A program made the position numbers and the translations under genes. A stretch of 64,000 nucleotides of DNA from the NCBI GenBank assembly GCA_030390025.1, contig CM059431.1:107200001-107264000 (forward strand). Direction: 5' to 3'. Positions 34,584 through 48,278 of the stretch are shown in pieces (the first letter of the stretch is position 1; each line of letters starts with the position of its first letter). The notes under the pieces are model-generated. The model was not told the DNA's origin and did no database searches. It saw nothing but the letters and a program-made list of their open reading frames with translations. The stretch comes from Squalus acanthias (Eukaryota).

Positions 34584-35552
34584 ACAATAGCAAAATACTG
34601 CGGATGCTGGAAATCTGAAATAACATCAGAAAACGCTGAAAAAACTCAGCAGGCCAGGCAGCATCCGTGGAGAGAGAAACAGAGTTAACGTTTCAGGTCT
34701 GGGACCCTTCATCAGAACTGGTAAAAGCTGGAGATGTAACAGATATTAAGCAGGTGCAGAGACAGTGGCGGCGGGGGGAGGGGAGGAAGGAATTGAAGGA
34801 ACATACTGTGCTTTTGTAAGAGGCAGGAAAGATAAAATGTTGCAAATGGGAATGGCAAAATCATACAGCATGAAAAATGGGGGCAGGGGTTATAGTTTGA
34901 AATTGTTGAACTCGATGTTGAGTCCGGAAGGCTGCAAAGTGCCTAATCGAAAGATGAGGTGCTGTTCCTCGAGCTTATGTTGAGCTTCATTGGAACAATG
35001 TAATAGGTCGAGGACAGAGAGGTCAGAGTGGGAGTGAAGCGGTGAATTAAAGTGACAGGCGACCGGAAGCTCAGGGTCACCCTTATGGACTGAACAGAGG
35101 TGTTCCGCAAAGCGGTCGCCCAAACGCAGATCTCTCTGTCCTCGGCCTATTACATTGTTCCAATGAAGCTCAGCGTAAGCTCGAGGAACAGCACCTCATC
35201 TTTCGATTAGGCACTTTACAGCCTTCTGGACTCAACATTGAGTTCAACAATTTCAAACTATAACCCCTGCCCCCATTTTTCATGCTGTATGATTTTGCCG
35301 TTCCCATTTGCAACATTTGATCTTTCCTGCCTCTTACAAAAGCACAGTATGTTCCTTCAATTCCTTCCTCCCCTCCCACCCCCACACCCCCCCCCCCCCC
35401 CCGCCCCCGTCTCTGCACCTGCTTAATATCTGTTATATCTCCAGCTTTTACCAGTTCTGATGAAGGGTCCCAGACCTGAAATGTTAACTCTGTTTCTCTC
35501 TCCACGGATGCTGCCTGGCCTGCTGAGTTTTTCCAGCGTTTTCTGTTGTTAT
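34584..35552 (-). mobile_element. Penelope-like element: GIY-YIG C-terminus with about 400-bp inverted arms and a 13-bp TSD
   Basis: LGDRFAEHL...PVACHFNSPLHSHSDL...EEQHLIFRLGTLQPSGLNIEF. Arms at about 34620-35020 and 35133-35551. TTTAAACAAAAAG at 34571-34583 and 35553-35565. Confidence 0.9.
34683..34721 (-). ncRNA. Minimal hammerhead-like motif in the PLE pseudo-LTR (mirror copy on + at about 35451-35490)
   Basis: AGTT-CTGATGA-A-GGGTC(CCA)GACCT-GAAACGTT-AACT. Confidence 0.6.
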
Positions 35553-36599
35553 TTTAAACAAAAAGTACTCCTCTGACTTCCTTCCCTCTCAGGTGTTGAC
35601 TTTTGGAAGCTGGCAAGTGATGGATAAATTAGAATTTATCAGAAGATTTCTGGGGAACAGAGTCGAATGAGAAAATAAAGAGCTGATATTTTGTTCTATG
35701 AATTAGTATTTTTGTTATTCTACCCTACAATATTTGGGAAATAGTTATGGGAATCCAGGTGCAATTCCTGGGAATTCAGGTGCAGCTTCTGGGACAAGAG
35801 CAGCAAAACATAAAACCAAGAGTTGTCACAAATAAATGCCACCATTTTATTTTTGTTGGATTCGGAAACAAGGAAACAGAGAATTATTGAGAATTAAATG
35901 AATTGGCGTTTTCAGAATTGGCCTTGAACAGGTGTGAGCATCTTAAAATATTCCTGCTTCCTCTTCTTTGCTAAGGAAAACATTATTCTGGAGGCAGCAA
36001 GTCGATAGTGGGCTCATCATGGACATCAGTGGGCCATTTTGGGCCATTTTCAATGTACATTCTCTGAGATGTTTTGCACACTCTTTCTACTTTTGTTTCC
36101 CGCACGTCCTCAGTGGCAAACTGATTAAATCCACACCTTAGATTATCTGATATTGGTATAAAGTTTGCCAGAATGGCTATTGGCAAGTTTTAGACAGAGA
36201 CTCAAATGGAAATGTGCTGTTTGCACCCAATTTTCCCAAGGTCAGCTCATTATCATAGCTTGAGGTGCAGAGTCGGATGGGCATCGGGAGCACATTAGTG
36301 GTGACAAGCAGAAAATTGCTTGTAAGCAAAATTTAAAGGGGAGTGTCACAATGGGGTGATGAAAATTATTAAACGCTTTGGAGAGGCTCAAAAGGCATTT
36401 CAAACCATTAGCAGCATTTGCCACGGCTGAGGGGACTAAGATGTGACAAACGGCAATGATGGGAAAGGAAACACACAAAGTGCAGGCACATATCTTCCAA
36501 GTGATATTAAATTTATGAAGTGTTTGGATGAGGTGAAAGTCGAGCTCCTCCAGTTGAGCAGTCTGTGATGAGGGGTCATCGACTAAAAGCAACACCAAG

Positions 36600-37000
36600 A
36601 AAGTGAGGAGAGAAGTTTGGAGAAAAGTCTTCGTGCAGAGAATTGTTAGAAAATGGAATGCTTTGTCACAGGGAGTAATTTACATACATAGGGGTATACG
36701 CACAGAAACAGGCCATTCGGCCCAACCAGTCCATGCTGGCGTTTATGCTCCACTCGAGCCTCCTCCCATCTTTCCTCATCTAACTCTATCAGCATAACCC
36801 TCTATTCCCTTCTCCCTCATATGCTTGTCTTGCCTCCCCTTAAATGCATCTATACTATTCGCTTCAACCACTCCGTGTAGTAGCGAGTTCCACATTCTCA
36901 CCACTCTTTGGATAAAGAAGTTTCTTCTGAATTCTCTATTTGATTTCTTGGTGACTATCTTATATTGATGGCCTCTAGTTTTAACTTTACTCTTCCTCAC
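36600..37000. mobile_element. CR1 3' fragments (short + piece, then a - piece at about 36685-37000)
   Basis: ORF 36776..37000 RGHQYK...RRNFFIQRVVRMWNSL. Confidence 0.75.
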
Positions 37001-37899
37001 AAGTTTTAATTCAAGGACTCCTTGGATTTAGGACGATTTCACTCTGCTTCAGATTAATTTAAACTGCAGGAACTTGATGACTGTCATTCAGCCGCAAAGC
37101 TAACGAATGAGTCCCGCGGCCGCCCCTCGTTAGGTACAGTGAGATTCTCACCCAGAGCTGCAGCGGCCAGGCAGGGCCCTGGGCCCACAGTTACCCCGGG
37201 CGGCCCTTCAATTGAGACAGAGACCATTACATCCTCTCAAGGGACTGTTACATATCTTGACACAGAAAGTAAGATACAGGAAGTGTGCAAGACACGCAAG
37301 GCTTTTAATATGTTTTGCGATCATCACACCTTTAAATGATGCAAAATCATCTTGAAAAAGCAAGTGGTTATTGCTAAACTTTTTTTCCAACCTTGGAGAG
37401 AAGTCAAGGAATTATAACCAGCAGACAATCTACAGGGGAATAATTACTCTCCAATTGACTGCAGGTTGCAGCTTACAAGAAATAGCCTGTAATTGGCCTC
37501 AGAATTTAACTATTTACAGCAATTAAAGCTGTAAAGGACATCATTGTGTATGAGTATAATGCTCCTTGTTAAATAGGGTATCCTCTGATTTGTCATGAGC
37601 AACGCCATGGGAGATCCACTAGTATTATTACAAGTAGAGCATGTAAATTGAAGAGGAAAGCACTTCATAATAATCACTTAGACAAAAGGGACACTTTGGT
37701 CCTAAATTTCCACAGTGTTCTGCTGAACTCTCACAGTAACTCCAGCGGGAGATTGGTGGAACCCCTGACGAAATGGGGTAACTGGCCATTTTTAACAGTT
37801 TATGTCCTTTCTCCAGGGTTCCAATGATCTCCCAACCACAGAAACCCCAGGCGCGTTCCAGGGCATGTCTTTAACAGAGGAACTTCCATCATCCATGCG

Positions 37900-38630
37900 C
37901 ATCCCTGATTTCCTTCACTCCCACCCTTGGCAGCTATGCTTTCAGATGTCTTGGCCCTAAGCTCTGGAATTCCCTTCCTAAACCTCTCCAAATCTCTCTC
38001 CTCCTTAAAGACACTCCTTAGGTGTGTCAGCTGTGGCTCAGTGGGTAGCACACTCACCTCTGAGTCAGAAGGTTGTAGGATTCAAGTCCCACTCCAGGGA
38101 CTTGAGCACAGTGCAGTACTGAGGAAGTGCTGCACTGTTGGAGGTGCTGTCTTTCGAATGAGATGTTATACCAAGGCTCCGTCTGCTCTCTCAGGTGGAC
38201 GTAAAAGATCCCATGGCACTATTTTGAAGAAGAGCAGGGGAGTTATCCCCAGTGTCCTGGCCAAAGTCTATCCCTCAATCAACATAACAAAAACAGATTA
38301 TCTGGTCATTATCTCATTGTTGTTTGTGGGAGCTTGCTGTGCTTAAATTAGCTGCTGCGTTTCCCACATTACCACAGTGACTACACTCCCAAAAAAAAGT
38401 ACTTCTTTGGCTGTAAAGCGCTTTGAGACGTCCGGTGGTCGTGAAAGGCGCTATATAAATGCAAGTCTTTCTTTTTTTAAATCTACCTCTTTGACCAAGC
38501 TTTTTCCACCTGTCCTAATATCTCTTTAAGTGGCTCCGGCTCAAATTTTGTTTGATAATCGCTCCTGTGCAGCGCTTTGAGATGTTTTACTACGTTAAAG
38601 GTGCTGTATAAATGCTAGTTGCTGTTGTTA
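37900..38630 (+). mobile_element. L2 3' end split by a SINE
   Basis: ccctaagctctggaattccc...ctccttaaagacactcctta resumes as atctacctctttgaccaagc at about 38480. Confidence 0.75.
38025..38478 (+). mobile_element. Deu-domain tRNA SINE
   Basis: Head, core and tail all present. Confidence 0.9.
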
Positions 38631-39504
38631 TACTCACAGCTCTAGGTGGGGGGGGGAGGGGGGGAAGGGGTGGGTGCGCGGATTATATAAAGCCAAAGAT
38701 AATTACCTACGGGTGTAATACAGATGTAAAAATAAAACTATTAAAAGCTAACACGAGAGGAAGACAATATTAAATGGAAAAACACAATGTAGAAACGGAG
38801 TGTTGAATCAAGGTCTTAACTGGGGTACAAGTTATATAAGTGACGGAGAAATGATAGTGATGAGAAATCAATACATTCAAGTGATCAAAAAGTAATTGCA
38901 TTTGAATAAAAGAGCTCTGTATTGGTGCACACTAGACTGTTGAAGGAGAATTGGCAGAGTCTGACTAAACCTGGAGCAGAATATATAACTACTCAAAAAT
39001 AGAAAGATCAAAGAACCTTGAAAACTCTCAAGATCCAAGGAAAGGAGGGTCTGGAGTACAAGGCTATAAAAGCACTTTAATAATAAGCATAATGGATAAG
39101 TGGTGCCGCTGAGCTCGTCTCAGAGCTGTACCACAGTCGAAGCTAATTATTTAGTAGTTGAAGAAAGACTGTCATAGTTTTAACAGTGGCGTGAAAGAAT
39201 GTGCACTGAACAAGATTTCACCATTTAAACCTCAATTAAACTAGCTAAATTAATCATTCTTAATGGAAAGCACCCTACCAAGCTGGCTCACTTCATCTTC
39301 AGCTCAGCATTTTATCCCCCTCTTTTCCCAAAAGCATTTCCAAAAGCAATCCTTGCAAAATAAAAGGCCTAGGAGAAGGGAAGCAAGGAATATTTACCAC
39401 ATGATTTGCACCAACAATTCTTCTTTTGGTCGATCCCACCTAACAACATTTACTTTAATCAAAATACCAGCAGCGAGACATTGCAGTCAGCAGCAGTCCC
39501 AGGT

Positions 39505-40228
39505 TTTTATTTATTCGTTTATGGGATGTGGGCGTCGCTGGCAAGGCCAGCATTTATTGCCCATCCCTAATTGCCCTTGAGAAGGTGGCAGTGAGCTGCC
39601 TTCTTGAACCGCTGCAGTCCGTGTGGTGAAGGTACTCCCACAGTGCTGTTAAGTAGGGAGGTCCAGGATTTTGACCCAGCGACGATGAAGGAACGGCGAT
39701 ACATTTCCAAGTCAGGATGGTGTGTGACTTGGAGTGGATCTTGGAGGTGGTGGTGTTCCCATGTGCCCGCTGCCCTTGTCCTTCTAGGTGGAAGAGGTCG
39801 CGGGTTTGGGAGGTGCTGCAGAAGAAGCCTTGGCGAGTTGCTGCAGTGCATCTTGTAGATGGTACACACTGCAGCCACGGTACGCCGGTGGTGGAGGGAG
39901 TGAATGTTTAAGGTGGTGGATGGGGTTCCAATCAAGTGGGCTGCTTTGTCCTGGATGGTGTTGAGCTTCTTGAGCGTTGTTGGAGCAAGTGGAGAGTATT
40001 CCATCACACTCCTTACTTGTGCCTTGTAGATGGTGGAAAGGCTTTGGGGAGTCAGGAGGTGAGACACTCGTTGCAGAATACCCAGCCTCTAACCTGCTCT
40101 TGTTGCCACAATATTTATGTGGCTGGTCCAGTTAAGTTTCTGGTCAATGGTGACCCCCAGGATGTTGATGGTGGAGGATTCGGCAATGGTAATGCCGTTG
40201 AATGTCAAGGGGTGGTGGTTAGACTCTT
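39505..40228 (-). mobile_element. LINE 3' fragment (MEYSPLA family)
   Basis: ORF 39567..40067 LSTIYKAQVRSVMEYSPLA. Confidence 0.85.
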
Positions 40229-40254
40229 GGTAAACAAGAAATGACAAACATCAC

Positions 40255-40365
40255 AAAAGCAAGATACTGGGGATGCTGGAAATCTGAAATAAAAACAGAA
40301 AATGCTGGAAATACCCAGCAGGTCAGGCAGCATCTGTGGAGAGAGCAACAGAGTTAACGTTTCAG
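40255..40365 (-). mobile_element. PLE 3' terminal fragment
   Basis: Matches the PLE terminus at about 34590-34695. Confidence 0.75.
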
Positions 40366-41307
40366 AAATGACAACAGATGCTGGAAGCGTGCAGCAGGGT
40401 TGGGGTATATATAAAGAGAAAATATATGGGCCCATATCGACCAATTCCTCGCTCTAGTGCACGTGACATCAGGTGGACAACTGCAGTAGAAGGAGTGGGA
40501 ATCAAGGGCGGAGGTCCTCTGCCAATTTCTTTCGGGGCCGCAGTGCTTCAACCTTCTATTATTACTGATTGGAACTGCTTTCATCCATTTCGTGCTCAAG
40601 CCTCACAAAAATGGCCCCCGATTTGATGCAAAAGTACTTAAATGACCACCACTCACAACTCTTGTGCCAGGTTTGCTGTTTTTTTGTCCTTTGGCCACCC
40701 ATCTTTAATGGGCACAAGTAGGAAGGGGAGCTGTTAAATAGCTTTTGGCAGGGTTTTTCTTAATGTAATGTTTTAGTGGAGTGTTCTTAGTGAGACATGC
40801 TGTTTTTACTTCTGTCATTTTTATGAATATATTAATTTTAGGGAGGAAAATTTTGTCGCACCATGTTTGCTCACTCCTCGAGGTAAGTTTACTTTTAAAG
40901 CACCTCAAAGAAATAGGGCATGGTGGAGAAATCAGTAGGACCCAGACCGTTCCGCAGCCCTTAGCACACCTACTTTGCTAATATTCCAAGATAACTGCCT
41001 CAGCTTACTCTATCAGCAGAGCAGAGCTTTGCACCCACAGCAAGGAAAGCTGCAGCAAACTTGCAACAGAGATGGCAAGATTACCGCTGCCCACAGTTGC
41101 TATGCCTACGGCTTATTCCCAGCTAGCTCTAGAATGCCAGGTATTATCAGACCCGCATATGCATCAGAAAGTTGTATTGGTCAGCAATAGGTAGCACTTT
41201 AATTTCCTTCCCCATTGAACACAATAACACATCACCAGATAATTACATATCACAAAGGTCTTTCAGCCAATCTTAGTTCATCCATCCAAAGAGATGCTAA
41301 TATCTCC

Positions 41308-41670
41308 CCATCTCCCTATCTTTGTAACCTCCTCCAGCCCTACAACCCTCCAGGATCTCTGTGTTCCTCCAATTCTGGTTCTCTTGCACATCCCCGATTT
41401 TCATCGCACCACCATCAGTGGCCGTGCCTTCAGCTGCCTAGGCGCTAAGCTCTGGAATTCCCTCTCTAAACCCCTCCTCCTCTCCACCTCGCTCTCCTCC
41501 TTTAAGATGCTCCTTCAAACCTACCTCTTTGACAAAGGTTTCGGTCACCTATCCTAATATCTCCTTACGTGGCTCAGTGTCAAATTTTGTTTGATAATCG
41601 CTCCTGTGTAGTGCCTTGGGATGTTTTAAAGGTGCTATATAAATAATGGGTGTTGCTTTTGTTGTTGTAG
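41308..41670 (+). mobile_element. L2 3' fragment
   Basis: PYLCNLLQPYNPP...AFSCLGAKLWNSL...FKMLLQTYLF. Confidence 0.85.
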
Positions 41671-41808
41671 TGTGAGGCTTCCGACTGCTGCCTCAACTCC
41701 ATGCGAAACCCTACAGATTAACATCACAAATGGTTAGGATCTGTGTGGGTAAGTAACCTACTTGTTGCTAACTGCCCACCCGCTAGCTTTCCTCCAGGTA
41801 AGTATATA

Positions 41809-42960
41809 GGCCAAGAGTTCCCGCTTTGGGCGCCATCGACAATCCAGGTGCAAATTGCACCCAAAACTGCGCTCATTTTAAGAAGTGTTTTGCTGCTCAA
41901 GTTTCTGCCCAAACTCATTTGCAGATTGCCCACGTAAAATCTGCCATGAACCAGTGCAATCGGGCAGCATTTTAGAATGTAAATTAAAAAAAAAAATTTG
42001 CATTAAAAAGTATTCCTTGATATATTTAAGAGTGCTAACCTGGTGCTGTTTTATTAATAGAACATAGAATAACATAGTAAAATAGGAGCAGGAGTAGGCC
42101 ATTCGGCCCTTCGAGCCTGCTCCGCCATTCAATATGATCATGGCTGAACCTCTATCTCAATACCATATTCCCGCTCTCTCCCCATACCCCTTGATGCCTT
42201 TTGTGTCTAGAAATCTATCTATCTCCTTCTTAAATATATTCAGTGACTTGGCCTCCACAGCCTTCTGTGGTAGAGAATTCCACAGGTTCACCACCCTCTG
42301 AGTGAAGGGATTTCTCCTCATCTCAGTCCTAAATCTCCTACCCCATATCCCGAGACTGTGACCCCTCGTTCTAGACCCCTCAGCCAGGGGAAACATCCTC
42401 CCTGCATCCAGTCTATCTAGCCCTGTCAGAATTTTATGTTTCAATGAGAACATAGAAAAACATAGAAAAATAGGAGCAGGAGTCGGCCACACAGCTGAAA
42501 ATGGGTTTATCACCAAAAATAATCATTTTTAATCAGAGTGTCTAATCCACCACTTGTGAGTAACCCGATTTTAAATAACTGAAAATGACTTTTAAAGCAA
42601 TACAGAGCCATTTTCTTGATAGGTTAGTGTACAGTGGTTCATTTCTTAGAAAATTAAAATAAAGTATACTCAAAAGTTTTTGCAATGTTCCTATTAGTGT
42701 CCTTGCACCTAAAGAAAACCAGGTTAATTTTTAGAGCACCCTCGAAGGCCTGCAAATGAGCGCAATAGCAGAAACTCTCAATGATGATTCATTCGATCTG
42801 GGGGCGTGGCCAGTTTTGGGGCGGGGCCTGCTTCTAGCGCAATGATTTTTAAAACTAGCGCAAAAGATCGCAGAGACTTGATTTGGGCGAATTGCACTGA
42901 AAAAAACGGCGCAACCTTGCGGAAACTCCTGCCCGCAGTGTTTAAATCAACGCCAATCTG
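41809..42960. mobile_element. Harbinger-type element related to 3718-5310, containing a CR1 insertion (about 42058-42489, minus strand)
   Basis: Starts GGCCAAGAGTTCC. About 42490-42780 is the reverse complement of the 3930-4180 and 5030-5075 regions. Confidence 0.75.
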
Positions 42961-42964
42961 TATT

Positions 42965-43218
42965 AGCAGCATTGGTTGAGGGTTAAATGTTGTCTATGAC
43001 ACCAGGGAGAACTCCCTTGCTCTTCTTCGAGGGTAATGCTGCGGGATCTTCGAAGTCCACCTGAGAGGACAGCGGTTTAACGTCTCTGCTTGAAAGACGG
43101 TGCCTCTGACAGTGCAGCATTCCTTCAGTTCGCATAGATTTTGTGCTCAAGACTGTGGAGTGGGGTTTGCACCCTTGAACTTTTGACTCAGAAGCGAGAA
43201 TGTTACCACTGAGCCAAG
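42965..43218 (-). mobile_element. Diverged Deu-domain SINE, 5' half
   Basis: Core and tRNA head in reverse complement. Confidence 0.75.
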
Positions 43219-43223
43219 ATTGA

Positions 43224-43867
43224 GGGCTGGATTTTGATACTGGGGCGGGTTGGGGTCGTGTTATCCACTTTTCGTGTTATCCACCCGACTGCAATTGGAT
43301 GTGGGAGATTGATGCAATTTTAATCTAATTGGGCAATTGAGTTCCAGCATGTGGGAACCCATGACCCAATTAGTGCTTTCAGTCTGAAAGTCGCCTCTGA
43401 TGATGTCATCATTGCTGCTGCATTGAAGGTCTTCAGAGACTGCCTGGCCTTTGCTGTGAGAGGACCTGGATGCAAAATGAGCAGCAGCAGCCCTAAGTCT
43501 GCTCCCAGATATTTTTACACACAGCGAGAGAGAGAGAGAGAAAGAGAGAGAGATCAACCAGCCAAATGTGCTCCCGCCAGGTTTCACAATCGTGGTTCAG
43601 AACAGGCGTGCTTCACGTAGAACAAGGGTTAAAATCACAAAGGCCTTTCAAAATGGCATTATAGAGCCAATTTAGTGCTTGTTAAGGGCCTTAACAGCCT
43701 ATCCCGTTTCTTAGAGGCGGGACGGAGTCGGGACCAGCAGACACGATTTAATGAAAATTGCGTGCAGGCGGGATGGAGGCGGACTTGTGCCCGCCCGCCA
43801 GTTTTCGCAATTTTAACCCCCCACACGCCTCCAAACCCGCCTCCACGGGTCAATGAAAATCCAGCCC
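43224..43867. mobile_element. Harbinger MITE with TGA TSD
   Basis: Same TIRs and body as 32655-33467 but about 170 bp shorter. Confidence 0.9.
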
Positions 43868-43899
43868 TGACAATCCATCACAAAGAATCAATGTCAGAA

Positions 43900-45640
43900 A
43901 CTGGCTGTGGATTAAGCAGAGAAACTTTTATTGAAGACCAGTATGCTGAAAAAGCTTCCTTGATGTACTGTATGTATGTATGGACCAATGAAGAACACCC
44001 TTTAAGATGCAGATGGCCAATCACTGATCATTGTAAAGTGAAGACTATTGGAACATTGGGTTGAACATTTGAAATAAGCTTCCTCAAAAGGCTCACAAGA
44101 ATAGATGATGCCTGCATAGCCAGAACTCTGCAGCAAGCAGCTTAAAACCCTCTGAAGATACTCTAGTCCATACACAGCCTTCAGTACATTCTGCAAGTTT
44201 ATCGAGCATACCTATCACTCAAGATGAAATATAAGGCATCAGGCTAAGATAGCATTCCAGGTGAAATATTTTAACACGATGGCATAGCCATTGCAAAACT
44301 TATTTTCCAACTGATCTGGGATGAAGAGATAGTTCCTCTAGAATTGAAGAAGACCTCTCTCACCACATCGTGCAAACATAAGGTAAGACTTCTGATTGGA
44401 GAACCCACTGTGGGAAATCACTCCTGTCTGCTGCTGGGAAGATCCTTTCCAAGATCCTCCTGAAATCTCTGAACAAGAACATCACAGACAATGTTTTTAC
44501 TAAGAGCTAGTAAGGATTTTGATCCAAGTAAAGCATGGTTGACATAATTTTTATTGCTAGATAAATTCAGGAGAAGTTTAAAGACCAAGGTGCTCATCAA
44601 TTTGATGAAGGACTTTGGTGGTGTAAAGAGACATCTGTAGAAGCTCCTGGCTAAGTTTGGTTGTGCTATGAGATCGGAGGGATACGTGATGTGATGTTGG
44701 TAAGTATAATTACAAATGGGGTTTTGTCTGATGCCTTCTGCATCGCCAATGGGTTCAACCCCACCTTATTTGACTCATTCTGTGCTTTGTTGAAGGAAGG
44801 TATGTCAGATCTCTGGGAAGGATCATACATCCAGTTCAGGCAAACTGTTCAACTTATGAAGACGATAGGGAAAGATGAAAAGTAAAGGAATCATCATTCA
44901 TGCCATTCTGTTTGCCAATAGCTGTGCCCATACATTAGAAGAATTTCAGATCATTGCCAACCTGTTTGCATCAGACAAGAACTACCTGTTGGTCTGAGGA
45001 AGACTGAGTTATGTTCAAGCCAACGCCTCACTTCTTGCATTACCATCACTGGTCACTGAAGGAGCACAGCTGAGCTCAGCAGATTTACCAAGCTGAGCAG
45101 CAGTCACGTCTCTAGATAAAGAAATGTTTCATTGACCAAGAAAGATCTACTCCGCTTTTGGCTGTCTGAAGTAGTGCATATGGGGTTAATTGGAATTAAA
45201 AATGAAGACCAAAAGGACTATCATTCCCTCCCAATGGCCCTTAAACTTGGATGTTTTACAAACATTACATTAAAACCCCGGAAAACATCAATCTTTACTG
45301 GTTGTAAACTGTGGTGACAAGTCAAGAGTCCAAACTCTGAGTTCCTGACTCATGCTGGCTTGTCAGGGATTGAAGCCATGTGGATCATTGTTCAGCTGAG
45401 TTAGTTCAGCCACGTCTTGAGCATGTATGATATCAGGCTACCCAATATTGTCTTATATTCCTGGCTTAAAAAGGGAACATATTCCCATGAAAGGCAGTTC
45501 AAGTATTATAAGGAACCTAAAGAACTGTGTGATCGCTTTGAGAGGCAGCATGTTGAAGCTGAAGAGGGAAATGAATATCCTATTGCCAAGTAAAATCATC
45601 TGTTTATATCAAGAACAAAATGAGACCCAGCATTGACCTT
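43900..45640 (+). mobile_element. Ancient degraded RTE-clade LINE
   Basis: Frameshifted remnants IWDEEIVP...SLLSAAGKILSKILL and an ILFANS (LFADD-like) motif. Boundaries are approximate. Confidence 0.55.
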
Positions 45641-46494
45641 TGGTGTGACCCCATTCCCAGCCCCTCTCCAATCTAAGTAACATCTATTCACGCTAACCAT
45701 TTGTTTGCTGTCCATCACTCAACTTTCTATTCCTGATGCCAAACTTTCTAATATCTCCTTTCAGTTCTGCTGTGATGTCATTGACCTAGGTTATCCAAGA
45801 GTCCGAGAACTCTGCGTTCCTCCATCTCTGGCCTCTTGTCCATCCCTCCCTTAGCAGGGCCAGGAGGAGCAGAAGTGCTTCTCCGGGCCCCACAAAAAAA
45901 CATCTGGGCCTCTGCTGTCCTGGAATCGGCCGACACTTCCCACGGAGACACCCAGAGGGGAAGGTCTTCAGCACTCCCTGGCTTCCAAAAAATACCAGGC
46001 ATCCTTCTGTTGTCCATAAAGAGGAATGTTACCTCTTTGTGGTTTGTTTTTTAATTTAATTGAAGAACATATTAGTAATGACAATGTACCAGCAGATAAC
46101 AAGGCTTCATAAATATGTAGTGATGTGCTGGTACTTTCACTCAGTGTGCTGTTTGGTAGATCTGTAGTAAAACTGGCATGTATGAAAATTCAATAAAAAG
46201 GTAATTATAAAAACTGTTCATTAAGGAATAGTAACATTTTAAATAGATTTCTTAATTTCTGAAGTAAATAGGAACCCTGGTGGCAGCAACCACTTAAAAT
46301 CTAAAAGACTCAAATTAGAAATACCATTACCAAAAAATTATATTCCCTTTCAATAGAACACATCAACAAGGAATGATTTATATCATAAATTTCAGCACAA
46401 TATTTAACAGTTATGAGATTATTTGTAAAAATGTTATGCATTTATTGAGGAGCAATGATTCCTACAGTTTGTAATGGCCTGTACTATACCCAGT

Positions 46495-46763
46495 TGGCCC
46501 CGATTTTAACTCCAGGTGGATTCCTCGCTCAGGCCTGAGTTAAAATTGCAGTCGGGTCTCAGTGATGTCATCGGGCCGCAACATGCCTGTGTAAAGAAGG
46601 ACCCTGCTGGCTCCGGGCGCCTGTCCTTGCTGCCCGCTCAGGAGAGCAGGTTAAAATTGCAGATGTTGCGATCATGGCGGCTTTCGGACAGGTAAGAGCC
46701 AGGGGTGATTTTAACTGCCCACCCGCCAGGTTTCTGCTGAGCAAGTGGGGTTAAAATCACCCC
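46495..46763. mobile_element. Short Harbinger-type MITE
   Basis: GGCCCCGATTTTAAC / GTTAAAATCACCCC ends with internal TTTTAAC/GTTAAAA repeats. Confidence 0.7.
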
Positions 46764-47283
46764 TCTGTGCCTGCCGGCAATACCATCAATGACCCTCAAC
46801 TGTAAGAACAGAATGGATTAACACTGTTTAAGGAGACATCGATGCCAATAGGATATTATGAAGATAATCTTGGCTTGGTCTTCTCTGACCTGTTTGAGAA
46901 TTATAGGAGTTAGAGGGAGATAAATGAGAGACCTCTTTCTTTGAAGAAGGATGTCATCAAGGGTTATGTTCTGTGGTGTCAGTCTCTGGGAGCAGTAGAA
47001 GGCGGCTTGAATATAGTCAGCCTACTCTTGGAGCTTGATGGCCTATTAATTTTAAGTGGAGGATTCATAAGGTACTTTGTGCCTTGACCTTTGTGGATAT
47101 AAATTCCTGTCAAATACCAGTCCTATTTCTTACTGGATATTTATCCAGCTCTTTTTGAAGAAGTTAATCAACCCTGCAATGTGTGAAAACTGATTGCAAT
47201 GTACTGAGCAACTAAAGCAAGAAAATTGTTGGAACATTTTATACCCAGATGAATATTATAATATGCATTTAAATGTTATAATT

Positions 47284-48275
47284 GGGGATGATTTTAACCC
47301 TACCCGACCGGCCGACTGAAACCAGCGGGCGGGTAGCTCAAATTGGCTGGGTGACTTACCCGCTGATGTCCCGCATGGATCCTGGGGGCTAAATTCGATT
47401 GATTTGCGGCTCTTGGGCGCTAACGGGGCGCAAATCAACTAGCGCCTGGGCGCGGTGCCGCTGGTGCCTGCTGTGAAATTCAGCGGGAGGTTAGCGGCGA
47501 TGCTAAGCATTAGCACCGTGTGACGCTGCGCCACCGGCGATGACATCATCGCCATGTGCAGTGCCTCGCTCGCGCCCCGGCTGTAATATTGGGTGGCTCC
47601 CCCCCGACTTACTGCCAGACGCTATGTCCGCCGGTGTCAGGGGGGCCTACCTGCGGCCGGGGCGGTGCTAGTTAAAGGGGAGGTGGTGGGCGGCCATTTT
47701 TGTTGCTGGGGGCGCTACCCAATTTTTAGCCCCTGATATTTTGAGCAGGGGGGGGGCAGAACGCCCGCTTGAAGTCAGCAGGACCCTTCTTTCAATCTGC
47801 AGATGGGGTTCCGATGATGTCATTTGGCTCCGACTGCAATTTTAACTGGTGGCTTGAGTTGGCTTTCTTCCTGCCAGGTGAAGATAGAGGATCCCGGGCC
47901 AGAAAAGGCCCGAACAGGTAAGTTTCTTTGCCCTTTCTCTTACTTGCCTTGTGAGGCCCGAAGCAGCAGGTTCCTGATCCAGGCAGAACGCGTGACCCTC
48001 CCGGAACCCCCTCCCTGCAGGCTACTGGCGCCGGCGACTGTTTTGGCAACCATTCCTTCCGTGCCAGTCGACGGCCTCCTGCTGCCCAAAATTCCACTTC
48101 CGCCCACCACCCAGCTGCCAGTCCGCGCCCGTTGCGGGCAGGTAGCTCACCGGGGGCATGCGGATGAGCATCGGGTGTTAAGAATAGCCCAGGCTTCATG
48201 CTGCTGAGGTCAGGGGTGTTTGGCGCTCGCATGTTACCCTGCTCGCCCAATTCCCGCTGTGGTTAGAATCGGGGA
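47284..48275. mobile_element. Harbinger-type MITE containing a nested MITE at about 47384-47733
   Basis: Outer GATTTTAACC / GGTTAGAATC and inner GGGGCTAAA / TTTAGCCCC. The inner element has GGCGC motifs like the 19696 element. Confidence 0.65.
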
Positions 48276-48278
48276 TTG

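Noticed and set aside
37070..37133. GC-rich exon-like stretch (ELDDCHSAAKLTNESRGRPSL)
   Set aside because: Weak pyrimidine tract and donor, and no recognisable homology.
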